Source: a virus. Taken from it: a stretch of DNA of 64,000 nt. Shown one piece after another: positions 8,761 to 18,397 of the stretch; position 1 is the stretch's first letter, and the number at the start of each line of letters is the position of its first letter. A program made the position numbers and the translations under genes. The stretch lies in IMG/VR virus record IMGVR_UViG_3300045988_106448. One strand, given 5' to 3'. The notes under the pieces were generated by a model, which saw only the letters and a program-made list of their open reading frames with translations, made no database searches and was not told where the DNA came from.

Positions 8761-10088
8761 TGATTATGAATCTTAGAAAAATTTTAGGTTATCGCACAAC
8801 GGCAGAAAAGTTGGAAGATTACCGGGCTCTTAAAGAGCGTTTAAATGAATTAAGTGTCGTCGGGAAGGGTTTAGCTGATAAGTTTATGTTTCAGAAATCG
8901 ATGGTGGATGGAATTGAACTTATACCCGAAGCAAAGAGGGGGCAAGTGCTTGACAGTTATAAAACCTTCGTCCAAGAGCATTCTAAAGAAGTGGCTAAGG
9001 CAGTTTCTGAAAGGGAACGTATTCTTAAATCTATTGAGAAATACCGTAACGATCCAGAGATAAAAGATGCCTGCCAGAATATAGATACCATTGACACGGC
9101 TACCATTGCGTACCGGGCTGGAAATCTGAAAAAGGATGGGTATTTTACCCTGTTGAAGTCCCTAACGGGTGAACCCACGAAGTACGCTGATGTTATTGCT
9201 TTCAATAGGGATGGCAAAATGCTCGTGTTGCACCGGGTAACTGAATTGATGTGTAACGGTACGGTATGCGTGCCGGGTGGTCACGTTGATCCGGGTGAAG
9301 ATTTTTTGGTGGCGGCTTTACGTGAATTGAAAGAGGAAACTAATCTTGACCCGTTAGATGGTGGTATTGAGGAGTTGGGAGAATACCGTAGCGAGGATGC
9401 CCATATCAAGTATTACAAGATTTATGTTGACGAGTTGCAACCTGTAACTCTTGATGCTACCGAGCATTGTTTCTACGAGTGGATTGACATTGCTGAAATA
9501 CCGTTGAAACCATTCATATTCGATCAAGGGAAAAACATTTTGAAATTGTTAACCCCGGAAGGATTTGAAGAGAAGGTGACCCCATTGTTAAAGGCGTACC
9601 ACGAAGGCAGAATAGAGAAGGCTGCCTTTATACCTGCTTATTCTTTCATGCTTGCTAAAGCGTTAGGGGTTTCTACCGAGACAGAGGGTCGTTTAATGCC
9701 CGAATCTTTAGAGGGAAGCAACGGTAAGCGCAAGCGGGCGATAGTCCCTGTACGAGACCCTAAGAAGAACGTGGAGCGCATTTTAAAGGCAGTAAGCGGC
9801 GAGGCAGAATTGTATCTAAGCAAAAGCCTGAAATTGGAAAAGCCTTTCATTATCCATGAGGTAACGTACAAAAGAACTCCAGAGACCAATTATTTGACAG
9901 AATTGGAACTTGTTTACGAGGGTGATGAAGCCCAAGTGCGACAAGTGCTAAAAGTATTGAAAGATAATTTCTTGCGGGGCGATGGCGTTAAAGTTAAGAC
10001 AAGTCACGAAGAATTTCTGGCAGCTAACGAGCACGGTACAGATTACGTCGGTGATCCCATATTTGTGGAATTAGAAACCGTTGCGTAA
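8760..10088 (+). CDS. Nudix hydrolase domain protein, 442 aa, Nudix box at about residue 170
   Basis: 'GGHVDPGEDFLVAALRELKEETNL' fits the Nudix box G-x5-E-x7-REUxEExGU with G to N at one position. Embedded in the head module. Confidence 0.6.
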   Translation: MIMNLRKILGYRTTAEKLEDYRALKERLNELSVVGKGLADKFMFQKSMVDGIELIPEAKRGQVLDSYKTFVQEHSKEVAKAVSERERILKSIEKYRNDPEIKDACQNIDTIDTATIAYRAGNLKKDGYFTLLKSLTGEPTKYADVIAFNRDGKMLVLHRVTELMCNGTVCVPGGHVDPGEDFLVAALRELKEETNLDPLDGGIEELGEYRSEDAHIKYYKIYVDELQPVTLDATEHCFYEWIDIAEIPLKPFIFDQGKNILKLLTPEGFEEKVTPLLKAYHEGRIEKAAFIPAYSFMLAKALGVSTETEGRLMPESLEGSNGKRKRAIVPVRDPKKNVERILKAVSGEAELYLSKSLKLEKPFIIHEVTYKRTPETNYLTELELVYEGDEAQVRQVLKVLKDNFLRGDGVKVKTSHEEFLAANEHGTDYVGDPIFVELETVA

Positions 10089-10116
10089 TTTTGTGGACAA
10101 TTATAAATAAAAGGAT

Positions 10117-10797
10117 ATGTATAATCAACTCGAGAACGATTTTAATTTCTGGCTACCGATAGATGTTGCGAAATCGGAAGCCGAGGTGGCTACGGAATAC
10201 CCCCGTGGTGATGATCGTCGCTATGAGAATATGGTTTTCGAGGGGATTGCTAGTGATAATAGTAAAGATTTCCAAGGTGATTCAATGGAACCTAACGGGT
10301 TTGAAATTGATTACTTCTTGCGGCATGGGTTATTTAACCTTGACCACCTAACCACCAGAGCGAAAGAATTGAAAAGTAGATGGTGGATTGGTGAGCCAAT
10401 AGACGGTAAGATAGTTGATAACAAGTTTTGGGTACAAGGTAAACTTTGGAAAGATTCCCCAGAAGCTAGAGCGTTTTGGGATAAATGTATTGAGATGCGT
10501 GCGAGTGGGGCAACCCGCCGCCCCGGTATGTCAATAGAAGGTAGGGCACTTGAAAGAGACCCTAAAAATCCCAAGCATATAACCAAAGCGGTGATAAATA
10601 ATATTGCGTTGACAATGACCCCGGTCAATTTCAATTCATATTTAGATTTTGTGAAAGGCGTTCAGGTTCAGGATTTTATTCCTACGGGTGAAATTTTGAA
10701 AAGCCAACTTGAAAATCGGATTATGTACGAAACTGTCGTTGGAAATCGGCGTTTGGTAATTGATGCTGATTTTAACATACGTGAGGAGGCTCTATGA
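10117..10797 (+). CDS. Prohead maturation protease, HK97 / peptidase S78-like
   Basis: 'VFEGIASDNSKDFQGDSMEPNGF...HG..LDH..IGEP' and a later '...ALTMTPVN' resemble S78 family blocks. Sits between the minor head protein and the scaffold. Confidence 0.5.
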   Translation: MYNQLENDFNFWLPIDVAKSEAEVATEYPRGDDRRYENMVFEGIASDNSKDFQGDSMEPNGFEIDYFLRHGLFNLDHLTTRAKELKSRWWIGEPIDGKIVDNKFWVQGKLWKDSPEARAFWDKCIEMRASGATRRPGMSIEGRALERDPKNPKHITKAVINNIALTMTPVNFNSYLDFVKGVQVQDFIPTGEILKSQLENRIMYETVVGNRRLVIDADFNIREEAL

Positions 10798-10856
10798 TAA
10801 TCCGTTTTGATAGAAAGAAATTTTGTAATAATTTTAACCAGAAAAATTGACAAATT

Positions 10857-11708
10857 ATGTTGACGAAAGAACAAAAAGATGATGAGTTAATCAAATCAAT
10901 GCTTGTCAGTGGTTTTGAGGAAAGTCTCATTGAGTCTTGGATTCAGAATGGAACCTTGACCCTTCAGAAGTCTACTCAATATGGTCCGGATGATCATGGC
11001 GAGGGAGACCCCGGTGATACGAAAGAGAAACGTGCTGACAAAGGTACTGAAAAGCGTAAGAAAGAGGACGAAGAAGCTGACGAGGCTAAACGTTCTGAAG
11101 AAAAACGTGAAAAAGAAGCCGATAAGGTAGAAAAGGGCAACGGCGAAGAAGGCGATGGAGAAGGTGAAGACAAGGTTGACAAAGGTTGCGGTATGGGCGA
11201 TGGGAAACCGGGCGATCCGAACCAATTGGCAAAATCTTTAGGTTTTGACACCTTGTTGAAATCTATGGAAGATACGTTGTTGGCTAACCAAGCTAAGTCT
11301 CAAGAAGAGTTTGCTAAGTCTATTCCGGCTATGATTGAAACCGCCATGACTGCAATGTCTGAAAAGATTGAAAAATCTTTGGAAGGTATGCGTAACGCTA
11401 TTACCGTGATTGGTAATGCCGCTCCTAGATTTAAATCTGACATGAGCCAAGCCTTGATCGAAAAGAGCGTTGCTAACGGTGGTGGTGTACAGGACACTGA
11501 AGGAAAGACCGCTTTGAGCATCTCTAAAGACCGTCCGGTTGTGCGTGCGTTAATCATGAAATCCATTGAGGAGGAAGCAGACGAAAGTTTGAAGAAATCT
11601 TTGGAAAGTGATTCCTACGCTTACTTGACTGACCCGCTAGGTGGTGCAGTAGGTGAAAAGGCTGCGAAGTATCTTTACGACAAGAAAAATGTTCGCTTAG
11701 TGCAATAA
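10857..11708 (+). CDS. Putative scaffolding protein, highly charged and predicted helical
   Basis: K/E/D-rich low-complexity sequence located immediately upstream of the major capsid gene. Confidence 0.45.
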   Translation: MLTKEQKDDELIKSMLVSGFEESLIESWIQNGTLTLQKSTQYGPDDHGEGDPGDTKEKRADKGTEKRKKEDEEADEAKRSEEKREKEADKVEKGNGEEGDGEGEDKVDKGCGMGDGKPGDPNQLAKSLGFDTLLKSMEDTLLANQAKSQEEFAKSIPAMIETAMTAMSEKIEKSLEGMRNAITVIGNAAPRFKSDMSQALIEKSVANGGGVQDTEGKTALSISKDRPVVRALIMKSIEEEADESLKKSLESDSYAYLTDPLGGAVGEKAAKYLYDKKNVRLVQ

Positions 11709-11743
11709 ATATTTCGTGATAACAAAATAAAATAAAGAATAAA

Positions 11744-13267
11744 ATGGATTTATTTAACTACAAAGGACAAGAGAATGCTAATCCGTTGGATAGTATGTCG
11801 TCTGAGGACATCTTGAAAGCTATGGAAGCTGGATTGATGACAGGTATGCAGTATGACAATATGTTGAACAATGGTGGAGGTTTGAAACCTGAATCATTGG
11901 ACTACGTGTTGAAAAACTTGGAAAACCGTTTGGATCAGTTGGTATTCTGGAATGAAATGCCTCGTCAGAAAATCGAGAACACTGTTCATCAGTATAACCA
12001 ATTGTTCAAATATGGTCAGGAAGTGGGTATATTCAACCAAGAGGGTGAAACTCCTACTGAAACTGACTCTGTTTACAGACGGAAATCAATCGTTGTTGCT
12101 TTCACGGGTGTAACTGGGCAGGTAACTCATCCGGGTATGATTGTGCGTACCACGGTAGGAAGTTTGTACACGAAAGAGGTTGAGAACAAAACCATTCTGT
12201 TGCAAACTATCCTTGACAAGAAAATTGTTGACGCTAACCGCCAAAAGAATCCGGAAGAGTTTGATGGTGTGTTCGCACAGCATATTGAAGGTATCAACGA
12301 CATCACCGGTGGTTTGTTAGGTAAGACTTCCGAGCAAGTGCTTGACGCTTACTTTGGAGATGTTGCCGTTATCAACGCTAACGGTCACGTGTTGACTGAT
12401 GCTATGGTTGAAGACGCTGCTCAGGCAGTTGTAAACGACCGAAACGGTGTTATCGACCGTATCGTTTCTTCTCCTATCGTGTTCAACAACTACGTGAAAC
12501 TGTTCCACGAATCAAAACGTGTGCTCGTTGGTATGGCAGGAGCCGTAGAAGGGGCAACGATGGGTCAGTCAGTGAACAACATTGTAACACAGTTCGGACG
12601 TGTTGCTATCAAGGCTGACAAATTCTTTGACTTCGCCGCTCCGGTGAAAATAGGTAAAGGTAAGACTTCTGAGAAGGCTCCTAATGCCCCGGTAGCTGAC
12701 CCGTCTACTCCGGTAGCTGTGGCAGTTGACTCTAAGGGTATGTTTGGAACCGAGAACGCAGGTACTTACTTCTACGCTGTTACGGCTAAAAACCGTTACG
12801 GGGAATCAGAACCTGTATTGTTGAACTCTACCGCTCAGGCTGTCGGGGCAACTCAATCTGTAACCCTGAAATTCACGGGTGCAACTTCTTCCGCTTATCC
12901 GGAAACTTGCTACGTGATCTATCGTTCAGAAATGGATCCTGCCGACATCACTACCGCTGACTTGTTCCCGATCTTCGAGGTTAGCAAAACTGAACTCGCA
13001 GCCGGATGGGACGGTGCAGCCGCAGGAACCGTTCATGACCGTAACCGTTGGATCGCTGGAACTAAATCAGCTTTGGTTTACTTCAACGGCTCTGAAATGA
13101 TGGAATACCTTGAATTAGGTGGAACCATGAAATTGGATTACGCTATCGTTGGTCCGAGACGTTCATTCTCTGTATTGAACTACGGTACTCCGGTAGAATA
13201 CCAACCGGGTAAGATCGCTCGTATCATTAACATTGGTAAGAGAGGAATCCCGACTGTAACCGCATAA
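11744..13267 (+). CDS. Putative major capsid protein, 507 aa
   Basis: Follows the protease and scaffold. A strong terminator follows it. Size is consistent with an HK97-fold MCP carrying an insertion domain. Assigned by position. Confidence 0.5.
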   Translation: MDLFNYKGQENANPLDSMSSEDILKAMEAGLMTGMQYDNMLNNGGGLKPESLDYVLKNLENRLDQLVFWNEMPRQKIENTVHQYNQLFKYGQEVGIFNQEGETPTETDSVYRRKSIVVAFTGVTGQVTHPGMIVRTTVGSLYTKEVENKTILLQTILDKKIVDANRQKNPEEFDGVFAQHIEGINDITGGLLGKTSEQVLDAYFGDVAVINANGHVLTDAMVEDAAQAVVNDRNGVIDRIVSSPIVFNNYVKLFHESKRVLVGMAGAVEGATMGQSVNNIVTQFGRVAIKADKFFDFAAPVKIGKGKTSEKAPNAPVADPSTPVAVAVDSKGMFGTENAGTYFYAVTAKNRYGESEPVLLNSTAQAVGATQSVTLKFTGATSSAYPETCYVIYRSEMDPADITTADLFPIFEVSKTELAAGWDGAAAGTVHDRNRWIAGTKSALVYFNGSEMMEYLELGGTMKLDYAIVGPRRSFSVLNYGTPVEYQPGKIARIINIGKRGIPTVTA

Positions 13268-13294
13268 GGTTAATTCTTTCATATAATGTAAGGC

Positions 13295-13334
13295 GAAACG
13301 GGGTGGGGCTTGACCCTGTCCCGTTTCTTTTATT
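13295..13334 (+). terminator. Strong rho-independent terminator after the capsid gene
   Basis: gaaacggg(13295-13302) pairs with cccgtttc(13320-13327). An inner GGGG/CCC extension adds stability. Followed by 'ttttatt'. Confidence 0.7.
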
Positions 13335-13353
13335 AACATCAAATTTTAAGACA

Positions 13354-13959
13354 ATGGATTTATTTTCAAGAAAAGCTGGAAACAGAACTATTAATTTCAA
13401 TGGAAAACCCGTTAAATTCGTGAATTGCGTGGCAACCGTTGACGACGCTTTTGGCGCAGAGATTTTGAAATTGGGTTTTCCGGATTTGTACGAAAAGGGG
13501 AAAGAACCCGCATACCAAACTCCTAAAGAAGTGGCTTTGAAATCTGACTTTAAAGACAGAGAGGCTTTCTATCAAAAAGAACTTGCACGCCTTACTAACG
13601 TGAGCGAGGCACGTGCCAAGAAAGTGAAAGAATTGGAGGCAGAGGTGAAGGCATGGAAAGAAGAGTACGAGAAAGAACACGCTTTGCGTCTCAAAGGTGT
13701 TGAGGCACCCGCAACTCCAGCCCCAGAACCTGTTACCGAAGCCCCGGCTGAACAAGCCCCTACCGATCCGGTAGAGACCGTTGAAGGGGAGGTAGAAGAG
13801 TCTGCAGAAATTGCAGAATTGCGTAAAGAATTAAAAGGCTTAACAAAGAAAGCCGATTTGGTTAAATTCGGTGAAGATGCCGGAATTGACATGACAGCGA
13901 TGAAGGAAGCTAAAATGGCTGACATCATCGAATATATTATTGCGGAAACGAATAAATAA
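13354..13959 (+). CDS. Hypothetical A/P/E-rich protein, 201 aa, possibly a head decoration or accessory protein
   Basis: The ORF-track start (GTG at 13303) lies inside the terminator hairpin. The first ATG is at 13354 (MDLFSRKAG...). Confidence 0.5.
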   Translation: MDLFSRKAGNRTINFNGKPVKFVNCVATVDDAFGAEILKLGFPDLYEKGKEPAYQTPKEVALKSDFKDREAFYQKELARLTNVSEARAKKVKELEAEVKAWKEEYEKEHALRLKGVEAPATPAPEPVTEAPAEQAPTDPVETVEGEVEESAEIAELRKELKGLTKKADLVKFGEDAGIDMTAMKEAKMADIIEYIIAETNK

Positions 13960-13967
13960 TAATCCTT

Positions 13968-14768
13968 ATGGGACAGCTTACATTAACAATGAAATATCGA
14001 AAAAACGAGGGGATGATGTTATCTCCGGCTGAAGTTTTTTCAATATACTTGTATGGTATTAAAATACAGGGCGGCGATGGAACGGCGTTTAGCAATGAGA
14101 GTATGAGATTTTACATACAGGCGGCGCAAAAAGAGATTGAGAATTATTTCAATCTTAAATTGAAGCGCACGTTCATTGATAAGGAAAAGCTGACGTTTTA
14201 CCGTGCGGATTATTGGCAATCGTTTCCAATACTGTTTCCGAGTTACCCCGTCAACGTGCCATTATCGCTGACGGGGCGATTCAATCAGTTGGAACAGATT
14301 TCCTACCCTACCCAATGGCTAACGGTATCTACTAATAGTTACGGTATTTATCGTCGTAGAGTATCTATCGTGCCGACAGGAACCGCAGTGGCAACCGCTA
14401 ATGCGGAAGTTATTTTGAGTGGTCTTACGACGCAATTAGGAAGTCAACACTTTCTAATGATTCCTGACTATTGGGATTTTCAGTATATAACCGGGTTTGA
14501 TTTAGACCATTTACCTATGGACTTGATTAACATCATGGGGATGATGGCGTGTTTCGGACCGTTGGGTATAGCGGGGGATTTAATATTGGGTGCGGGTATT
14601 GCGGCGCAATCGTTAGGAATTGATGGATTGAGCCAAAGTATCAGTTCAACGGCATCCGCCACTAACAGTGGTTACGGTGCTCGTATTATTCAGTATCAGA
14701 AAAATATCGCTGAAACTGTTAAAAAGATAAAGTTGGTTTACGATGAGATAAAATTAGGCGTCCTCTGA
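13968..14768 (+). CDS. Hypothetical structural protein, 266 aa, candidate head-tail connector
   Basis: ORF with ATG start in the structural block between the head and tail genes. Confidence 0.45.
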   Translation: MGQLTLTMKYRKNEGMMLSPAEVFSIYLYGIKIQGGDGTAFSNESMRFYIQAAQKEIENYFNLKLKRTFIDKEKLTFYRADYWQSFPILFPSYPVNVPLSLTGRFNQLEQISYPTQWLTVSTNSYGIYRRRVSIVPTGTAVATANAEVILSGLTTQLGSQHFLMIPDYWDFQYITGFDLDHLPMDLINIMGMMACFGPLGIAGDLILGAGIAAQSLGIDGLSQSISSTASATNSGYGARIIQYQKNIAETVKKIKLVYDEIKLGVL

Positions 14769-14789
14769 AAATCGGTAAATAATATAAAC

Positions 14790-15587
14790 ATGGCAGGAAG
14801 AACAATACATAATTCAGACGCCCCGCAAATGGTAACTCCTCAGGTTTATTTTAAACCTGAAGAATTCAATATTGCGATATGGGAACACGCATACGATATT
14901 ATATGTGAGAAAGCAATACGTTGTCCGTGTCAGGGTGCGAGTGGTTCTCCTATCCCAACGTGTCAGAATTGTCATGGTTCTGGTTACTTCTACGTTAATC
15001 CGGTAATGACGAAAGCTATCGTGCAAGGGCTTAATCGCATCACTCAATACGTGCATTGGGCTCCTGAATTGATGGGAACGGCGGCTATCACGGTTCGGGA
15101 TCAAGACAAGTTATTGATTTCATATCTTGATAGAATTACTCTTAATGACGAGTACTCTGCCTTTTCAGAAATGATTGTAAGCCGGGAAATGACGCCAGAG
15201 CACGTGAGTGTTTTCTTGTCTTACGCTCCTATTGAAATATTTAACGTGTGGCTATATTCAGCGTATAACGAACCTTTAGTTCAGCTTGACCCTTCTTCCT
15301 ATTCTGTTAATGGGGATAACCCTTACTGTATTAATTTTGAAGTGGGGGCAGTACCCGCCGGAGTAGGTGTGTCAGTGTTTTACAAACACCGGGTGCAATA
15401 CCACGTGATTGATATGCCGCATGAAATTCGGGCATCTGAACAACGGAATAAGGTTTCCGGTCAGTTGGAATTGATAAAATTACCGTTGCAGGTGGTTGGA
15501 CGGCGTAGCCATTTGGTTGATATGCAGCGTCCTAATTACGATGGCAGCGGTGTAATATATAACGATTATGCTCCCGATTCACATTGA
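14790..15587 (+). CDS. Hypothetical structural protein, 265 aa, with a CPC...CxxC zinc-ribbon-like motif
   Basis: 'CPCQGASGSPIPTCQNCHGSG' cysteine cluster. Lies in the neck region. Confidence 0.45.
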   Translation: MAGRTIHNSDAPQMVTPQVYFKPEEFNIAIWEHAYDIICEKAIRCPCQGASGSPIPTCQNCHGSGYFYVNPVMTKAIVQGLNRITQYVHWAPELMGTAAITVRDQDKLLISYLDRITLNDEYSAFSEMIVSREMTPEHVSVFLSYAPIEIFNVWLYSAYNEPLVQLDPSSYSVNGDNPYCINFEVGAVPAGVGVSVFYKHRVQYHVIDMPHEIRASEQRNKVSGQLELIKLPLQVVGRRSHLVDMQRPNYDGSGVIYNDYAPDSH

Positions 15588-16338
15588 TTTGACGGAAGTC
15601 ATAGAAGAATTTGCCTTGACGGGTGATCAGGCTAAGCAACTCGGTACAGAAATTATTGACCGAGTTGTTTCCGAATATGCCACGAAGTGGGAGAACCTTG
15701 TGAATAAAGGTTTAAAGAAAACCCGAAGTTTGTACAAACGTGCCATGTACGTTCAACGGGAGAGCGATACTGCCGTGGTATTTGGATTAAAGCCGGGCGA
15801 TAATGGTTTGGCGTTAGCCATTGAAGATGGGAAACCACCTTTTGACGAAAAGACGGGCTTTGCGGCATCTGCGAAACGTAAAATAAAAGTAGGTGGGGGT
15901 TGGTACCTAACGATACCCTTTAGATACGCCTCTGCGGGGGCTCTAGCGGAGTCTACGTTGTTTAGTGGTGTATTACCTAAAGAAGTGTACGAGGCAGCTA
16001 AAAACGCCGCCGGGCGACCCCTAAAGACGTCTCAATTACCCTCCCAATACCAACAGTTAGGTAAACGTAAGGAAATTAAGACGGCTGAGGGTGTGATTCC
16101 GGAGTACGTGCATAAAGCCCCTAAATTTCAAGGTTTGGTTAGAATTGAAGTTGGGGCTACTCAAGAAGAAAAGAGGGGAGGGTATTTCACGTTTAGAAGA
16201 GTGAGTGATAAGAGTGAGCCTTTGAGTTGGATTCACCCCGGCTTCGAGGCACGTAAATTTATGGATAAAGCCTTGGATGAATCACAGGTTGAGAAGGTTG
16301 CTGATATGGCTATTGATGAATTTTTAAAACAAATATAA
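15568..16338 (+). CDS. Hypothetical structural protein, 256 aa
   Basis: ORF with ATG start that overlaps the upstream gene end. Confidence 0.45.
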   Translation: MLPIHIDLTEVIEEFALTGDQAKQLGTEIIDRVVSEYATKWENLVNKGLKKTRSLYKRAMYVQRESDTAVVFGLKPGDNGLALAIEDGKPPFDEKTGFAASAKRKIKVGGGWYLTIPFRYASAGALAESTLFSGVLPKEVYEAAKNAAGRPLKTSQLPSQYQQLGKRKEIKTAEGVIPEYVHKAPKFQGLVRIEVGATQEEKRGGYFTFRRVSDKSEPLSWIHPGFEARKFMDKALDESQVEKVADMAIDEFLKQI

Positions 16339-17168
16339 TGATAACGATAGCAAGGTTTAAACAGATAGTGGAAGGTTTGCTGTATTACGTGGAAGAAGAT
16401 TACCAAACCGTACCTGAAGAACAAACGTTATTGTACCAGATGTTTTACGGGGTTACGGATAGGAATTTTGATTTTTACGAACAGGCTAAAGCCATTTTCA
16501 CTCGTAGGAATACAAGCCCTCGAAAAGTTATAGCCACTATGGAATTCCCTAAAGATAAAACACATTTTCCGTGTATTGTAATTAGAGAGCCGGGCAGAGG
16601 GAAGGGGACGGTTGACCCGTTTGGTGGCTTCGGCGCACCTCCGTTAGACGAGTTTGGAAATGATCCATACAGGCGTGAGGGCTTCGTGAACTCTAATCGT
16701 TCGGATGTACAATTAATGTGCCTTAGCGACAATATGTTAGAGTCCATTTTGATAGGTGAAGTATTGTGGACTTTGCTTATAGGAGCACGTAACACGTTAG
16801 AGCAGGAATTTGTAAGGTTTTCTTTTAACGCTGAGGATTTAATCGCTCAGAATGATTTGTTCCCTCTACCCATTTTAATTAAGACAATTTCAGTTGAAAT
16901 AGAAGATGTAAATAGATACGCCTCTATAATTCGACCTGAATTAATTACGAAATTTGTTATTGAGAAAGCCATTCCGGTTGGATCAGACCCCGGTTGGGTG
17001 CCGCCTATTACGGAGTACGTGGCGTTTGCTCGTCCGTATGTTTGGTTGGAACAAGTTGAGGATATGAAGACTAACGATTTGTTTTCTAACACTAATTGGA
17101 CACTTTCCACGGATTATTTACGTAGTCGAAAGAAGGCGCAAAGTAAGGATTCTGAAGATCAGAATTAA
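16338..17168 (+). CDS. Hypothetical structural protein, 276 aa
   Basis: ATG overlaps the upstream stop (TAATG). Confidence 0.45.
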   Translation: MITIARFKQIVEGLLYYVEEDYQTVPEEQTLLYQMFYGVTDRNFDFYEQAKAIFTRRNTSPRKVIATMEFPKDKTHFPCIVIREPGRGKGTVDPFGGFGAPPLDEFGNDPYRREGFVNSNRSDVQLMCLSDNMLESILIGEVLWTLLIGARNTLEQEFVRFSFNAEDLIAQNDLFPLPILIKTISVEIEDVNRYASIIRPELITKFVIEKAIPVGSDPGWVPPITEYVAFARPYVWLEQVEDMKTNDLFSNTNWTLSTDYLRSRKKAQSKDSEDQN

Positions 17169-17176
17169 TTCAAATT

Positions 17177-17190
17177 ATTGTATATTTGTT
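17177..17190 (+). promoter_or_regulatory. Bacteroidota-type promoter -7 element, 'attgTATATTTGtt'
   Basis: TAnnTTTG match about 40 nt upstream of the 17229 ATG. Same 12-mer as at 5168 and 49183. Confidence 0.4.
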
Positions 17191-17228
17191 CATTCAAATA
17201 ACAATGAGTAACAATTAAATTTATAATT

Positions 17229-17876
17229 ATGGCAAAGGCAGCTTGGTTGACCTTAAACCCCACGTCGGGGGCAGGTAACGCAACAATTCAAAACACGGGT
17301 ACAATCCATACCGGACGTGTACAGCGTGAGACGACGGTCACGAGTGTGGCAACAGGAGTTTCTCCTAATAAGACGTATCAGGTAATTCAGAAGGCAAAGC
17401 CTGAATTTGTTAATTTTACTAATGGTTCAGAAACTTCAGTAGGAAAAGAAGGGGGAACTTTAACCATTACAGGAAAGACCAACTCTTCCAAATTGACGTT
17501 TGCTTTGTTGGATTTGACTGATAGCAGTTCAACAACAGGAATCGTAGAGGGTGGTTTGAAATTGACCTTACCTGCTAATTACGATGCGGGTGGGGCAACG
17601 ACTGCTAACGGTGTTGCAATTGTGGATGACCCCGGTGCTGAATCTGAATTTACTTTCTCTATTGTATTTTCAAACATTCCGGCAAATACCACAATTAATG
17701 AACTGACGGCAGCTTTGAAAGTGACCACGAATGGTGGGCAATCGGCGCAGATTGCTATCAAACAAACGGCAGGTGATCCTACCTTTGCGTTCGGTCAAGC
17801 TACGATTACTTTGGAAGCATCCGGAGCAGCCGTATCTCAGACAATTATTTCTAATACGGAGTGGACTTTGTCTTAA
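17229..17876 (+). CDS. BACON-like / Ig-like domain protein, paralogous to the N-terminus of the 1390-aa repeat protein
   Basis: 'MAKAAWLTLNPTSGAGNATIQNTGTIHTGRVQRETTVTSV' versus 'MAKDSWLTVSPMSGKGNATLRNSGTPHKGRFQRSTVVTAV' at 18956. The W..s..sG.gNat..n.g pattern is BACON-like. Confidence 0.6.
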   Translation: MAKAAWLTLNPTSGAGNATIQNTGTIHTGRVQRETTVTSVATGVSPNKTYQVIQKAKPEFVNFTNGSETSVGKEGGTLTITGKTNSSKLTFALLDLTDSSSTTGIVEGGLKLTLPANYDAGGATTANGVAIVDDPGAESEFTFSIVFSNIPANTTINELTAALKVTTNGGQSAQIAIKQTAGDPTFAFGQATITLEASGAAVSQTIISNTEWTLS

Positions 17877-17877
17877 T

Positions 17878-18126
17878 ATGGCTAAGATACGTAAGGCACA
17901 ACGATCGGTGAGCGAGGGGGTAGTTGCCCCCTTAGCTACTTCCGGCGCAAATACCGGGTTTGATAGGACTATGACTATAACCGGGCGCACGACGGAAGGG
18001 TCAGTGGTTTCGGTAGCATCTTTTCGGGTCGTTCAGCCGGGTTTACGTGAACCGTTTACAGTGTCTAACGGTAATGAGTTCCAAGATGCAAATGGAGAAA
18101 CTTTTGGTGTATTGAAATCTTCATAA
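17878..18126 (+). CDS. Hypothetical small protein, 82 aa
   Basis: The ORF-track entry 17731-18126 overlaps the previous gene. The ATG at 17878, one nt after the upstream TAA, gives MAKIRKAQRS... Confidence 0.4.
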   Translation: MAKIRKAQRSVSEGVVAPLATSGANTGFDRTMTITGRTTEGSVVSVASFRVVQPGLREPFTVSNGNEFQDANGETFGVLKSS

Positions 18127-18137
18127 AATAAAATATT

Positions 18138-18395
18138 ATGGCATATAAATCTAAGTTTACAGGTGCGCAGATAGACGAGTATTTGACTATTGTGCAAAAT
18201 CAACAAACCAACCCCGGCAGCATTCTTGACAATGTTACGGAAGAGCAAATTTTAGCCAAACTGACGGAAACTGGAATTTTGAGCAAGTTGACCGGACAAG
18301 GTATTATCAATAAAATAAATACCGTTACGACGAATATCGTGTTTACTAAATATGTGGACGCTCAAGCCGGAGGCGGTAACTCTAAACAATCTTAA
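18138..18395 (+). CDS. Hypothetical small protein, 85 aa
   Basis: ORF with ATG start ('attATGGCA' context). Confidence 0.4.
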   Translation: MAYKSKFTGAQIDEYLTIVQNQQTNPGSILDNVTEEQILAKLTETGILSKLTGQGIINKINTVTTNIVFTKYVDAQAGGGNSKQS

Positions 18396-18397
18396 TC

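Noticed and set aside
13303-13353. ORF-track start codons at TTG or GTG (13303, 28141, 35470, 48944, 52436, 53499, 59025) and the overlapping ORF 17731-18126
   Set aside because: Each alternative-codon start lies inside the preceding gene or inside a terminator hairpin. In each case an in-frame ATG sits immediately after the upstream stop, often as a TAATG or ATGA overlap. Starts were moved to 13354, 28168, 35494, 52466, 53502, 59049 and 17878. 48944 is treated as intron exon 2, not a TTG-initiated gene. The GTG start at 49943 was kept because no in-frame ATG precedes the P-loop.
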